A program made the position numbers and the translations under genes. A model generated the notes under the pieces. The model searched no databases and was not told the DNA's origin. It worked only from the letters and a program-made list of their open reading frames with translations. A DNA stretch of 64,000 nt from Promethearchaeati archaeon (lineage in GTDB: Archaea; Asgardarchaeota; Heimdallarchaeia; Heimdallarchaeales; Heimdallarchaeaceae), in assembly GCA_013166775.1 (NCBI GenBank), contig JABLTJ010000006.1:32001-96000 (forward strand), in the 5' to 3' direction. Shown here piece by piece: positions 40,490 to 50,900 of this stretch (the first letter of the stretch is position 1; every line of letters begins with the position of its first letter).

Positions 40490-41545
40490 GTGGAAGAAAT
40501 GAAGATCGCTTTGTATGTAACTGAAGGTAAAAACTACGTTGAGTTTTCTGATACTATCAAAGAGATTATTCAAGAGTTAGCTCCCGAAACAGAAATAATA
40601 CCATTAAGAGATAAAGAGTTAAATCAGGAAAACTGGCAGAGTGAACTAAAAGATTTTTCACTTAATAATGCTGATTTAGTTATAACTGTTGGAGATGCAG
40701 GAACTTTTCTTCGAGCAATCTTTTTGAGTAGAAAGTCCATTCCTGTAGTAGCTGCTTCCTCTGAAAGGTTGAGTTTCTTTACAGAAATAGCTCCAAACAA
40801 TTTAAGAGAAAATCTTAACTTGATATTGAACAATAGATTCTTTATTGATGATTATAATAGAGTTGAAATTCAAGGAGTTTTCAATAAAATTCCAATACCT
40901 GCATTAAATGAAATTGCCATTTTTCCGAGAGATTCAGCGTTGCTCATGAATTACACTATTGTAGTGGATAACAATGTTCTCTACAGAGGACGAGCTGATG
41001 GGATTATTATTTCAACAGCTCTTGGAAGTACCGGATATGCTCTTTCATCCGGAGGTCCCATAGCTTTCGGTAATCCAAATATTTTAATCGCTGTTCCTGT
41101 TAATCCATTGAACAAAGAACATATCCCACTTGTGGTTCCTTTGGAATCTGAGATTAAAATTGTTAACATGAGATCAAGATCACCAATAGAAGCAGTCATT
41201 GATGGACAAATTCGATTGAAACTGGAAGAAGAAGTACTCATTAAGCAAGCAAGAACCGATGTGAAAATATTAAGGTTTCAATCAAGAAAAAATATTCTAG
41301 CAAAACTAAGAAATAGATTAGTTGAACTAGATTTGCGCCATTTAGAAGGGGTACCTCCTTCTGCAAAATATATTTTTAAACTGCTATTGACAGAAGGAGA
41401 AATGACACAAAAAGAACTTATAGAAAGTACGGGTTTGCCAAATAGAACTGTGAGAAACGCTTTGAATATCTTAAAAGAGAAGGGAGTTATTAGTCAAAGA
41501 CCACATTTAAGAGATGCGAGACAATCGATTTATTTCGCTTCATAA
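40490..41545 (+). CDS. NAD kinase-fold protein fused to a C-terminal MarR-like winged HTH (probable regulator)
   Basis: ALNE, ADG..ST..GSTGY.LSSGGP, IDGQ retained; GGDGT changed to GDAGT; C-terminal PPSAK...TQKEL..TGL..RTVR.AL..L....I...DARQ. Confidence 0.85.
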   Translation: MEEMKIALYVTEGKNYVEFSDTIKEIIQELAPETEIIPLRDKELNQENWQSELKDFSLNNADLVITVGDAGTFLRAIFLSRKSIPVVAASSERLSFFTEIAPNNLRENLNLILNNRFFIDDYNRVEIQGVFNKIPIPALNEIAIFPRDSALLMNYTIVVDNNVLYRGRADGIIISTALGSTGYALSSGGPIAFGNPNILIAVPVNPLNKEHIPLVVPLESEIKIVNMRSRSPIEAVIDGQIRLKLEEEVLIKQARTDVKILRFQSRKNILAKLRNRLVELDLRHLEGVPPSAKYIFKLLLTEGEMTQKELIESTGLPNRTVRNALNILKEKGVISQRPHLRDARQSIYFAS

Positions 41546-41782
41546 TTCCTTTGAATAATGTAACAAAATAATGCCTTACATTTCTTTTTTATCTAATTAA
41601 TGAACAAAGAGTGAAAAGCCTTGATTCATTAATTTTATTAGGTTTAAAGCCGAAATGTTAAAAATCTAATTGAATTTGTCGGGAAACACTTATATAAAAA
41701 TTTATCCTTCGAGTTAGTGAAATCTAGATAAGCAAGGGGTACAAGTTTTACTAGGTTTTAAACTTAAGGTAGTGAGAAATTT

Positions 41783-44700
41783 ATGTCAAGAAAAAAGCAG
41801 ATTATTACTTTTACAGCATTATGTCTTATACTTTTGAATTTTTCAATGGTATATACTCAAGGTCAGATTGTTGGTGACCAAACAGAAAGAATGTCTTTTA
41901 CAAATCCTGGTGATTTTTTGCCAAAACGTATAGCAATTCTTTATGATCCTATAAATCCAAACACAATCGAAACTGCAAGAGCAATTTATGAGACAATTAA
42001 ATATCTGTACTCAAATGTACAGATGATAGCTGTTTATACTCCCGATATGTTATATGATACATTCAAAGATGAGTATTGGATTCGTATTTATGTTTTCGAT
42101 ACTGATCTTACTGGTCTGGAAACAGCGGGAGGGACTATTCAATGGAGAAAAATAGGTCGATATTATGAGACCTATGAAAAAACACACCATATTGCAGTAT
42201 ATGGAAATGCATACAAAGTTGCAAAAATGGTTTCTAGTCCAAACTGTTATTTTGAAGAAAAGGAAAAAATGGATGTTCGAACTGGTTTTCTTCATGCAAT
42301 TTGGTCTCTATCAACGATTTTTTTGAGTCATAAAAAAGAAATCTATAAAGAGATTGGTGCAAATTTCCAAAAAGTAGCAATTCAATACTTTGCATCAGAA
42401 TTTGAAGCATTAACTTTAGCTGAATTTGATCCACAATATAGTTTGGGTGAAGAAGATCCCATTGAATCAGAGAAAAGAATTGCCAATTTTAAAGAAACGC
42501 ATCCAGATCAATTAGCAAAAATCCATCCAGAAACAGGAGAGTTTATAGAACCTACAGCGGAGATTCCAGGTTTTGATCCAGCTCTCAATCTAAAAACTAT
42601 GGTAAAAGCTCAAGAAGATAATGATATCATACTAACAGAATTTCCATTTCTATCCTCTCTTACTGGAGCTGCTGGGGATGTCATTCAATTGTTATTGGAA
42701 TTGATAGGAGCAGATATTCCTGATGGAGTTATTACGGTTGGACAAGAATTTGCGAATTCGATTAAAACTATAGTTGAGGAAATACCCAAGATTATCGGGC
42801 TTATAAAGGATCCTAGTGCTAGTAGTGCATTAGAATTGTTCTTTGATATTTTAAAATCTGCTTTTCCATCTTTAGAAAAATACAAACCTTATTTTGATAT
42901 TGCATCAAAAGCTATCTTTGCAATACAAGAAGGTCCTGCAGGTATTTTGGGATTAATGGATGATTTACTATTATTTTTGATTCCTGAAAGCGCTACAGGT
43001 TTTGTAACTGATATTGTTAATATGTTAAATCTCACTACTGAATTTTACGATGGTCTACTTGAAGCAGAAAAATGGTCAGACTACTTGATGAAACACCTGA
43101 ATAAGCAACTAATATATCAAATAATCTGGAAAGTTGCTAATCTAGTAGGTGGTGCTCTAAATAATACAAACACAGTAGATACAATAACTGAAATGTTTGT
43201 TATAGGAATTGAAATAATCTCAACCAGAAATTATACCTCAGTCGTTAGAGACATAATTCCATATCTGGGCATGAAGATTCTGGGTGTATCAGATGATGAT
43301 ACAGCAACACTATTTGAAATTCTTGGCATCCTATTGCAAATGGGATTAGGAGCTGCAGGTGTACTCGAGGTAGATTTTGATGACAGTGCTCAAGATTTAT
43401 TCGCAGCGTTGTTCCCAGATGTTGATTTCACACTGCAGGATGGAAAGGAAGCAATTCAAGATCTGATAGATGTAACGAAACAAATGGTTGAGGGAGAAAT
43501 AACTGATTATACTACAATTAGAAGTAACGTTGTTACTGTTATAGATGCAGTAGATACTTTGTCTTCGTTTGATTTATCTGCATCAAGAACAAATGTTATC
43601 GCAGAATGCATCACACTAGCTTACAAACTTCTTCAGAACGATTTTCAAATACCTAGTGAATTGGATTTTATCTCTTTGATTACTGATATTATAAATGAAT
43701 TTTATCCTTCAATGGATGCAGATAAAAAACAATTGATCAGTAAAGCACTTGAACTTGCATCTTCTCTAGTTGCTTTTGTAACTGATTCTGATAGTGCAAA
43801 GATTTTTATTAAAGGTTCAATTAATGATTTTATATCTGATATTGGAGAAAATCCCGGGGAATTGGTTAAATCTGTTCTTGGTGTAGTAATCCCATTAATT
43901 TCAGGAGAAACTCCAGATCAATCAATTCTTGATGGAGTTGGAACAGTTGTTTCTACTATTGTAGATATGCTTTCAGGGGGATTCGATTTCTCAATACAAA
44001 ATATATTACAAACAGTGGTTAGTATAGCAGGTGTAGGTTTATCCTTATTGGATCCAGATATACCAATGAACATCGTTACAGATATCTTCAATTTATTCTG
44101 GTCTGATAAGCCAGAATTCAATGATGTAGCAAAGGTTGTTGAAGATATTATTACAATCATTCAACCTTCAGTTTCTCCAACAGTTTTGAATATAGTAGAA
44201 GTTGTCCTTGTTTTTATTGGATCAGCTAAAGGAATTTTCAAGGACGGAACAAAATGGATAATGAACCAACTAGTAGGATGGGTATCAGGAAAGATTGCAG
44301 ATCTACTTAATATGCTTACTAGTAAATTAAATGATTTGATAATGAATATTGGTTCATTTCTTAGTTTCTCTGCAAACTTTACTGTAGGTTTCGGTAGTTT
44401 TTCAGCTTTTTATATGAGTGTATTCTTTAAACTTTCACCAGGTTTTTCAATTAACAAAGAAGCAGTAATCGATTTAGTAAATGATCTAGTCTTCCATGGT
44501 TCAACATTGCTTAGTTCGGGTAATCTTGGATATCTGTTTAAGAAAATACTGAGCGCAATATCAATAATACCACTTTTAGAAGCAGGATTAGAGGTTAGCT
44601 CAGGAACTACGGGTAAAGATAGTTTGACAAATAAATTGTTGGATAAACTAGGAGTTGAGCTTGCGTTTTCTGGTTCTGCAGGAGTGAAGCTGCAACTTAT

Positions 44701-47700
44701 GAAAATAGAAAATGGAAAGATAAGTACAAGTGATTTTTTGAAATTAATAGAATTCTTCTTTAAATTTGAAATCTCTCTATCGAAGACATTTCCACTTGCG
44801 GAATTCTTTTTTGGTCCTGCAGTATCAGTGTTAGCAAAGGTTGCTGAACATTTAGGATTGGGAGGAATATATCTAGAAATTACTTTCTTTATTTCAATAG
44901 AAATTGTGAAAAGGATAGATACGAAGTTCCAAAGCGCTGCTGAAATCTTAACGATTGTAATAGGTCTTACGGTAGCAATAATCATAGATCTCTCTCTAGT
45001 GATAGTAGGAATCACGATAACGTTTGGCTTTACAGTGACGTTAAGTTTTATACAAGATTTCTTAGCTGGGTCACCGCTACAAGTTGTTTTGGTGATAGTT
45101 ATTTTCATTTCAGTAAAAATTGTATTCCTATTCTGGGATTGGAGTAAAACCATTGAATTTGGTCCAGATCCAATATATCTAGCGGGAGGAAAGGATGACC
45201 CAGAGACGCGGGAGGAGATGACGGGATTGGATGAAGATGGAGATGGATTACCAGATTCTTATGAAGAAGAGATTCCAGGCTTGAAATTAGACTCTGACGA
45301 TTCAGATGGTGATGGATTATCGGATAAATTCGAAATTAGAAATAGTGGAACAGATCCAATAGTTAATGACACTGATGGGGATAGACTTCTTGATGGATAT
45401 GAGTACCAAGTTCTTCGAACCAATCCTTTGCAGTGTGATAGTGATTTTGATGGATTAACTGACTACGAAGAAGTAGTAATTTATGGAACAGATCCAAATT
45501 CAATAGACACAGATGGAGATCAATTAGATGATTATTACGAAGTAAATACTGCGTGGAATATCACAGGAATAAAAAGAAGCGTTCCATTTGTAATGATTGG
45601 AGGAGTAATGTATATTGATCATACAGATCCTCTAAATCCAGACACAGATGGTGATGGAATTCTAGATGGTCAAGAAGGACCTTTCGGTGCATATTATGGT
45701 CCTGATTTGTATGATGATGAAGATGATTCCTATTACCCAGATCAACCTCCAATTATATATAATGAAGGATATATTCATCCTCTAGATAATGACACAGATG
45801 ATGATAGTTATCGGCAATTATGTAATGGAACTATTGCTCCAGGGAACATGTTTTTAATCCCTATGACTGATAAAATTGAGATAGATGGACAATGGGTGAT
45901 ATTCATCGAGGATGATGAATTAATTCCAAGACTAGTAAGAACCAATCCAGTCAATCCTGACACAGATGGTGATACTGGAATAGACCCTTCATGGAGAGGA
46001 GATGCAGCTCCTATCAATATATTTCTAAAATCTGATGGATATGAATTGTGGTTAGACCCACCAACAGATCCTAATGATGCAGATACTGATGATGATGGCT
46101 TGATTGATGGTTTTGAAGGATGGGGAAATCCAACTGGAAATCATACTGATCCAAATAATGCGGATACCGACAATGATGGATTAGGTGATCTTCAAGATAT
46201 CTTACTTGGATGTGATCCTTTGGATCCCGATTCAGACGGAGATGGTGTTCTGGACGGAGAAGAATTCTTCAAATATGGTACAAATCCTGCATATGAAGAT
46301 ACAGATCATGATGGTTTACTCGATGGAGAAGAACTATATCTCTTCCATACAAATCCTCTTGCAGTTGATTCTGATGGTGATGGAATTGAAGATGGTTTAG
46401 AGGTTCTATATTATGACACTAATCCAATGGATGAAGATGAAGATAATGATGGATTAACAGATTGGGAAGAAATCTTCTATCATGGAACACTACCAAAGGT
46501 CTACGATTCAGATGGGGATGGATTGAGTGATTGGGAAGAAGTAGCTGTCTATTATACACATCCTCTCAAATGGGATACAGATAATGATACAATATGGTAT
46601 CCTAATGAAGTTGGAGAAATGACCTTCCCAATGTCCGATGGAGATGAAATCAAAGTATTTGGAACAAATCCTCTATCATCAGATTCAGATGTTGATGGTA
46701 TTTACGATTGTTTAGAATTATATTTGGGTTCAGGACTTATACCAGATTTCGCACCAATTCTACTTGATCCTATGTCTAATGATACAGATGGAGATGGGTT
46801 GCTAGATGCTCACGAATTAGTAGTTGCAAATGTAACTAATATTATCTATCCTTACAGAAGTTTTCTTTTTACAACTCCGTATAATACTTCAGTCGTTAAC
46901 CCAGATACAGACGGTGATGGTCTACTAGATGGAGATGAAGTTCTTGTTTATGGAACTCTTGCAAATACTACAGATTCTGATGGTGATGGAATAGATGATG
47001 GTAATGAAATATTTGCAACATTCACTAATCCACTAACTTCAGATACGGATGGAGACGCATTAACTGATTATGAAGAAATTTGGGGATATCCTGAATACGC
47101 TTTGGATCCGATGAATCCTGATGTTGATGGTGATATGCTTCCTGATGGTGCAGAAATACTCCTGTATGGTACCAATCCAAATAATCCAGATGAGGATGAT
47201 AACGGAGTTTTGGATGGTCTCGAGACGGACTTTGATTTTGATGGCTTAGAAGATGGTTATGAATTCTTTGTATATAAAACTCCAATGGTAGCAGGCGGAG
47301 GCGTTACACAACCGGATAGTGATAGAGATGGTCTGGGAGATGGAGCAGAAGTGTATCTTTATGGTACTAACTGTACTCTTTGGGATACTGATAATGATAC
47401 CTTCTCTGATGGTTTGGAAGTTATGGTTGGGACTGATCCTCTGACTTTTACAACGCTTGAAGAATTCCGTGATGCTATTCAAGCTTTTGAGAGAGGTGTA
47501 GTAGTTGTATCACCTGTTCAAGGAGGAATTTACTCACCTTCAAACTTTACATTCATTATCTATAATGCTTCACCAGTTCTAGATGTTACTTATCAAATGA
47601 GAAAAGGAAGCGACGATTTCAGTGATAATGTATCTATGCATTTCTCTATGGAAACAAGTACATGGATGAGTACGGGAGATTATATCAGCAGTGGAGATTA

Positions 47701-47917
47701 TGAAGTTAAATTCTACGTCCATCATCCAGATGATACGTATACAGTTGTAACTAGAACCTTCGTTGTTGAAGGGACGGCAGTTGTTTCATATGCGTGGGTA
47801 ATAGCAGGGGTTGGAGGAGGAATCGCTACGGGAGTAGCTGGTACGGCTATATTCTATTTAGCTCGAGCAGGAAAATTGTCATTCCTGAAGAGGTTGTTTG
47901 GAGGTGGTGGATCATGA
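41783..47917 (+). CDS. Giant surface protein (2044 aa) with helical region, hydrophobic beta region, TSP3-like Ca-binding repeats and C-terminal TM
   Basis: Signal peptide; about 26 DxDxDG..D..E/TNP motifs; Gly-rich TM anchor. Confidence 0.85.
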   Translation: MSRKKQIITFTALCLILLNFSMVYTQGQIVGDQTERMSFTNPGDFLPKRIAILYDPINPNTIETARAIYETIKYLYSNVQMIAVYTPDMLYDTFKDEYWIRIYVFDTDLTGLETAGGTIQWRKIGRYYETYEKTHHIAVYGNAYKVAKMVSSPNCYFEEKEKMDVRTGFLHAIWSLSTIFLSHKKEIYKEIGANFQKVAIQYFASEFEALTLAEFDPQYSLGEEDPIESEKRIANFKETHPDQLAKIHPETGEFIEPTAEIPGFDPALNLKTMVKAQEDNDIILTEFPFLSSLTGAAGDVIQLLLELIGADIPDGVITVGQEFANSIKTIVEEIPKIIGLIKDPSASSALELFFDILKSAFPSLEKYKPYFDIASKAIFAIQEGPAGILGLMDDLLLFLIPESATGFVTDIVNMLNLTTEFYDGLLEAEKWSDYLMKHLNKQLIYQIIWKVANLVGGALNNTNTVDTITEMFVIGIEIISTRNYTSVVRDIIPYLGMKILGVSDDDTATLFEILGILLQMGLGAAGVLEVDFDDSAQDLFAALFPDVDFTLQDGKEAIQDLIDVTKQMVEGEITDYTTIRSNVVTVIDAVDTLSSFDLSASRTNVIAECITLAYKLLQNDFQIPSELDFISLITDIINEFYPSMDADKKQLISKALELASSLVAFVTDSDSAKIFIKGSINDFISDIGENPGELVKSVLGVVIPLISGETPDQSILDGVGTVVSTIVDMLSGGFDFSIQNILQTVVSIAGVGLSLLDPDIPMNIVTDIFNLFWSDKPEFNDVAKVVEDIITIIQPSVSPTVLNIVEVVLVFIGSAKGIFKDGTKWIMNQLVGWVSGKIADLLNMLTSKLNDLIMNIGSFLSFSANFTVGFGSFSAFYMSVFFKLSPGFSINKEAVIDLVNDLVFHGSTLLSSGNLGYLFKKILSAISIIPLLEAGLEVSSGTTGKDSLTNKLLDKLGVELAFSGSAGVKLQLMKIENGKISTSDFLKLIEFFFKFEISLSKTFPLAEFFFGPAVSVLAKVAEHLGLGGIYLEITFFISIEIVKRIDTKFQSAAEILTIVIGLTVAIIIDLSLVIVGITITFGFTVTLSFIQDFLAGSPLQVVLVIVIFISVKIVFLFWDWSKTIEFGPDPIYLAGGKDDPETREEMTGLDEDGDGLPDSYEEEIPGLKLDSDDSDGDGLSDKFEIRNSGTDPIVNDTDGDRLLDGYEYQVLRTNPLQCDSDFDGLTDYEEVVIYGTDPNSIDTDGDQLDDYYEVNTAWNITGIKRSVPFVMIGGVMYIDHTDPLNPDTDGDGILDGQEGPFGAYYGPDLYDDEDDSYYPDQPPIIYNEGYIHPLDNDTDDDSYRQLCNGTIAPGNMFLIPMTDKIEIDGQWVIFIEDDELIPRLVRTNPVNPDTDGDTGIDPSWRGDAAPINIFLKSDGYELWLDPPTDPNDADTDDDGLIDGFEGWGNPTGNHTDPNNADTDNDGLGDLQDILLGCDPLDPDSDGDGVLDGEEFFKYGTNPAYEDTDHDGLLDGEELYLFHTNPLAVDSDGDGIEDGLEVLYYDTNPMDEDEDNDGLTDWEEIFYHGTLPKVYDSDGDGLSDWEEVAVYYTHPLKWDTDNDTIWYPNEVGEMTFPMSDGDEIKVFGTNPLSSDSDVDGIYDCLELYLGSGLIPDFAPILLDPMSNDTDGDGLLDAHELVVANVTNIIYPYRSFLFTTPYNTSVVNPDTDGDGLLDGDEVLVYGTLANTTDSDGDGIDDGNEIFATFTNPLTSDTDGDALTDYEEIWGYPEYALDPMNPDVDGDMLPDGAEILLYGTNPNNPDEDDNGVLDGLETDFDFDGLEDGYEFFVYKTPMVAGGGVTQPDSDRDGLGDGAEVYLYGTNCTLWDTDNDTFSDGLEVMVGTDPLTFTTLEEFRDAIQAFERGVVVVSPVQGGIYSPSNFTFIIYNASPVLDVTYQMRKGSDDFSDNVSMHFSMETSTWMSTGDYISSGDYEVKFYVHHPDDTYTVVTRTFVVEGTAVVSYAWVIAGVGGGIATGVAGTAIFYLARAGKLSFLKRLFGGGGS
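45225..47445 (+). repeat. Protein-level thrombospondin type-3-like Ca-binding repeat array
   Basis: About 26 DxDxD motifs counted by hand, most followed by GTNP/TDP. Confidence 0.85.
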
Positions 47918-50900
47918 GTAAGAACATTAAACCTATTAAAAATAAAATAATAACCGCCTTTGTAACTGCTATTTTTATCTTTTCAATGTTCACTGCAATA
48001 CCCTCACTACAATTATTAAATGCAGAGATTGCACCCCCAGATTCATATAATTTAGATGAAATTATGAGAATGTTAGAAGAACAACAAGAAGGAAACAGTA
48101 ATTTTGATCTATCAGGAGATACAGTGTATCCTGATGATATAGATTTAGCTTCTTACTTACGAGATTATTCTAATGACTATTCACAAATTTATCAACCTTG
48201 GAAGACTAAAGCTGCTGTTCGATGTATTGAGATATCTGATGATTATCAGTATATGATTGTAGGTGGTGGATATCTTTATGATAATGAGATTCACATTTAC
48301 CGTTGGAACGATCTTACAAATCAATACGCCAAAGTGTGGAATAGTGGAGATGACATAATAAAGGAAGATGTAATCGATGTCGATATTGCTGACACAGACC
48401 ACAACCAATTCTTGGAAATAGTCGCTGCATCAGCTGATGGCAGTTTCCACGTTTTTGAACAGATGCACATCTACGATCCTACTGCAAATACTGAAAACAT
48501 GTTTGAACATGTTTATTCTTCACCTTATATTGGTCAAGTATGGGGTGTAGAAATAAACGATACAGATTGGGATTATGATCCAGATATTATTGTTGTCAGC
48601 TGGGATCACAAAGTACATGTCTATGAATATTTCATACATTCAGGATATCCTTTTGCACCAGAGCACTGGATTGAATATGAAGAAAAATGGGTATCTCACA
48701 ATCTAGGCCAACATCCAACATCTCTAGTTGTTGGAGATACAAATGCAAATGGTCTTCCAGACTTTGTTGTAGGAACAAGAGAAGGTGGAATATTTATCTT
48801 TGAAAACAATGGTACATTACTTGATATCCATGGGCAACCATATCCTCTATGTCAAGATAATAGCTACAAATTGATCTATAGTGATATCAATTCCATTTGG
48901 AGACCAATCTATTCAATGGAAATAGGAGATCTTGATGGACAAATAGGAGATGAGGTTGTTATAGCTTCATTTGCATTTAATGCGTATGTTTTGAGATATA
49001 ACCAGCTAACAGAAACTTACTATCTCCAGAAATTAATCAAAGACTTTGAACCATGGACTCTGAAGGATTTCTATCCTGCTGATGATTGGGCAGATAATAT
49101 GACTGCAGGGCAAAATGTCTACTTTAATGATCCTAATGCAGGTTTAGGTACTACGGTTCCTGAACCAATTCCAATGACTGATCCATGGTTTGTGGATGGT
49201 AATTATCCATACAATTCAGGTTCAGTTCAAAACAATGATACTTGTTGGACACTCTTCAGATCAAGTTCTGATGAAGCTTATGCAATCTATGATTTTGGTG
49301 CAGATGAAGAAGGAACAGGAAATGGAAATGATAAAGCAGATTTCTCTATAGTGTTCAAAACACCTTATAGTTCAATAAATATAAACGATTTTGAACTTTC
49401 AATAAGTCAAGATTATGAACATTGGATGGCAGTAAATTCAACCTCAATCACAAAGGGATATTCCAGTGAAGGATATGCTTCTCTAAATATTGATGTTGAC
49501 ACTCTTCTTGTAAATAACAAATGGGATTTCTTCCAGTATGTTAATGTTACCGTTCTGCAAGGAAATCCTGACTACCACATATACAGATTAGAACTCCATT
49601 ATGTAAACGTGAGAGTTGATGATGCGCTTTCTGCAACAATTGGAACACTTGCTTCAAGCTATTATGAAGAAGATACAATGATGCAAGCTTTGATTGGAAC
49701 AGTGGATGGAAGGATTATTGCATTCAAGTACAATTCAACACTGGATGAGTTTGTGCTAACCTGGGATTCATGGGTTGATGATCGCTTTAGCATGGGGATG
49801 AACATTTGGGATCTTGAACAAGTTAAAACACTTGGTACTATGCCAATGATTTATGGTATAACAGATTTAGAAACTGATTATATTTTAAGATCTGATTACC
49901 TCTTTACGCGTCCTAAAGATCAAGTTCCAACGATTTATGATATCTATGATTATGACATAGAAAACATTGATGAAGATTTGTTCGGTGATGGAGACTTCAT
50001 TTTGAGTGATGGTAATGGAGATATTTACTTCTTTACTAATGGATTTGAATACTCAGTACCAGAAACTCTCAATTACTTCTCTAATATAAATGCTAATCCA
50101 AATTATGATGGAATGAATCTTTCTGTTTCCGCAGCTAACATCTATAACACTCCCTCTCTTCCAGGTTCAGAAATATTGATTGGTTGGTATGATGATTCTC
50201 TATCAAACATCTATGATGATTTTTATGATGATTCATCTACATCATTACCAGCTGATATCGAGTTCTGGTATCGAACAGGAGGAATGTTGTATGATAATCC
50301 AACTTCACTCACAGCTCTGGAACAAAGCGGTCAATTAGAAGAATTACTAAAAACGGCTCAATCCATCCCTTCAGCTGATGGAATAGATATTGATTCTGAT
50401 GGGGATATTGATTTAGTTGTTTGCATAGATAATCTCTACTTGCTTTGGAACATTGGTGACACTGTAAACCCACTTTATGCCTTAGACTCTGATTATTTCG
50501 AAGATATTAATGAAGTCCAAGGAAAAAGAAAGTACTTTAGTCCTCAATTCGTTGAATTTGATCATGATAATGATTATGATCTAACCATAGGGTATTCCAA
50601 CCGAGTAGGTGCAACTTATTTCGAAAATTATGGCTCTATTGCTGATCCTAGATGGGTAGAAAAGAAAGAATTACTAAACAATTTTGATGAAATGGCTACA
50701 ATTAATGTCTATAATCTAACAAGACCACTTTTCATTACATATCAAGATTTCAGTGTTTATGATGCTATTCAGTTGGAGTCAGCAACAGGAGAAGATTACT
50801 TAGATAAATACCTATTTTATACAATGTTCAATACCTATACTAATGATTTCTATGAATTTCTGATTAACTATGGTATCCAAACATCTTACATGGTAGCTAC

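Noticed and set aside
47794-47913. ORF-track N-terminal extension of the second giant protein
   Set aside because: Overlaps the upstream gene; ATG 47914 gives a proper signal peptide and ATGA coupling
47860-47917. SFLKR tail resembling the integrin GFFKR motif
   Set aside because: Too short, and it lies on the TSP3-repeat protein rather than the FG-GAP protein; likely coincidence
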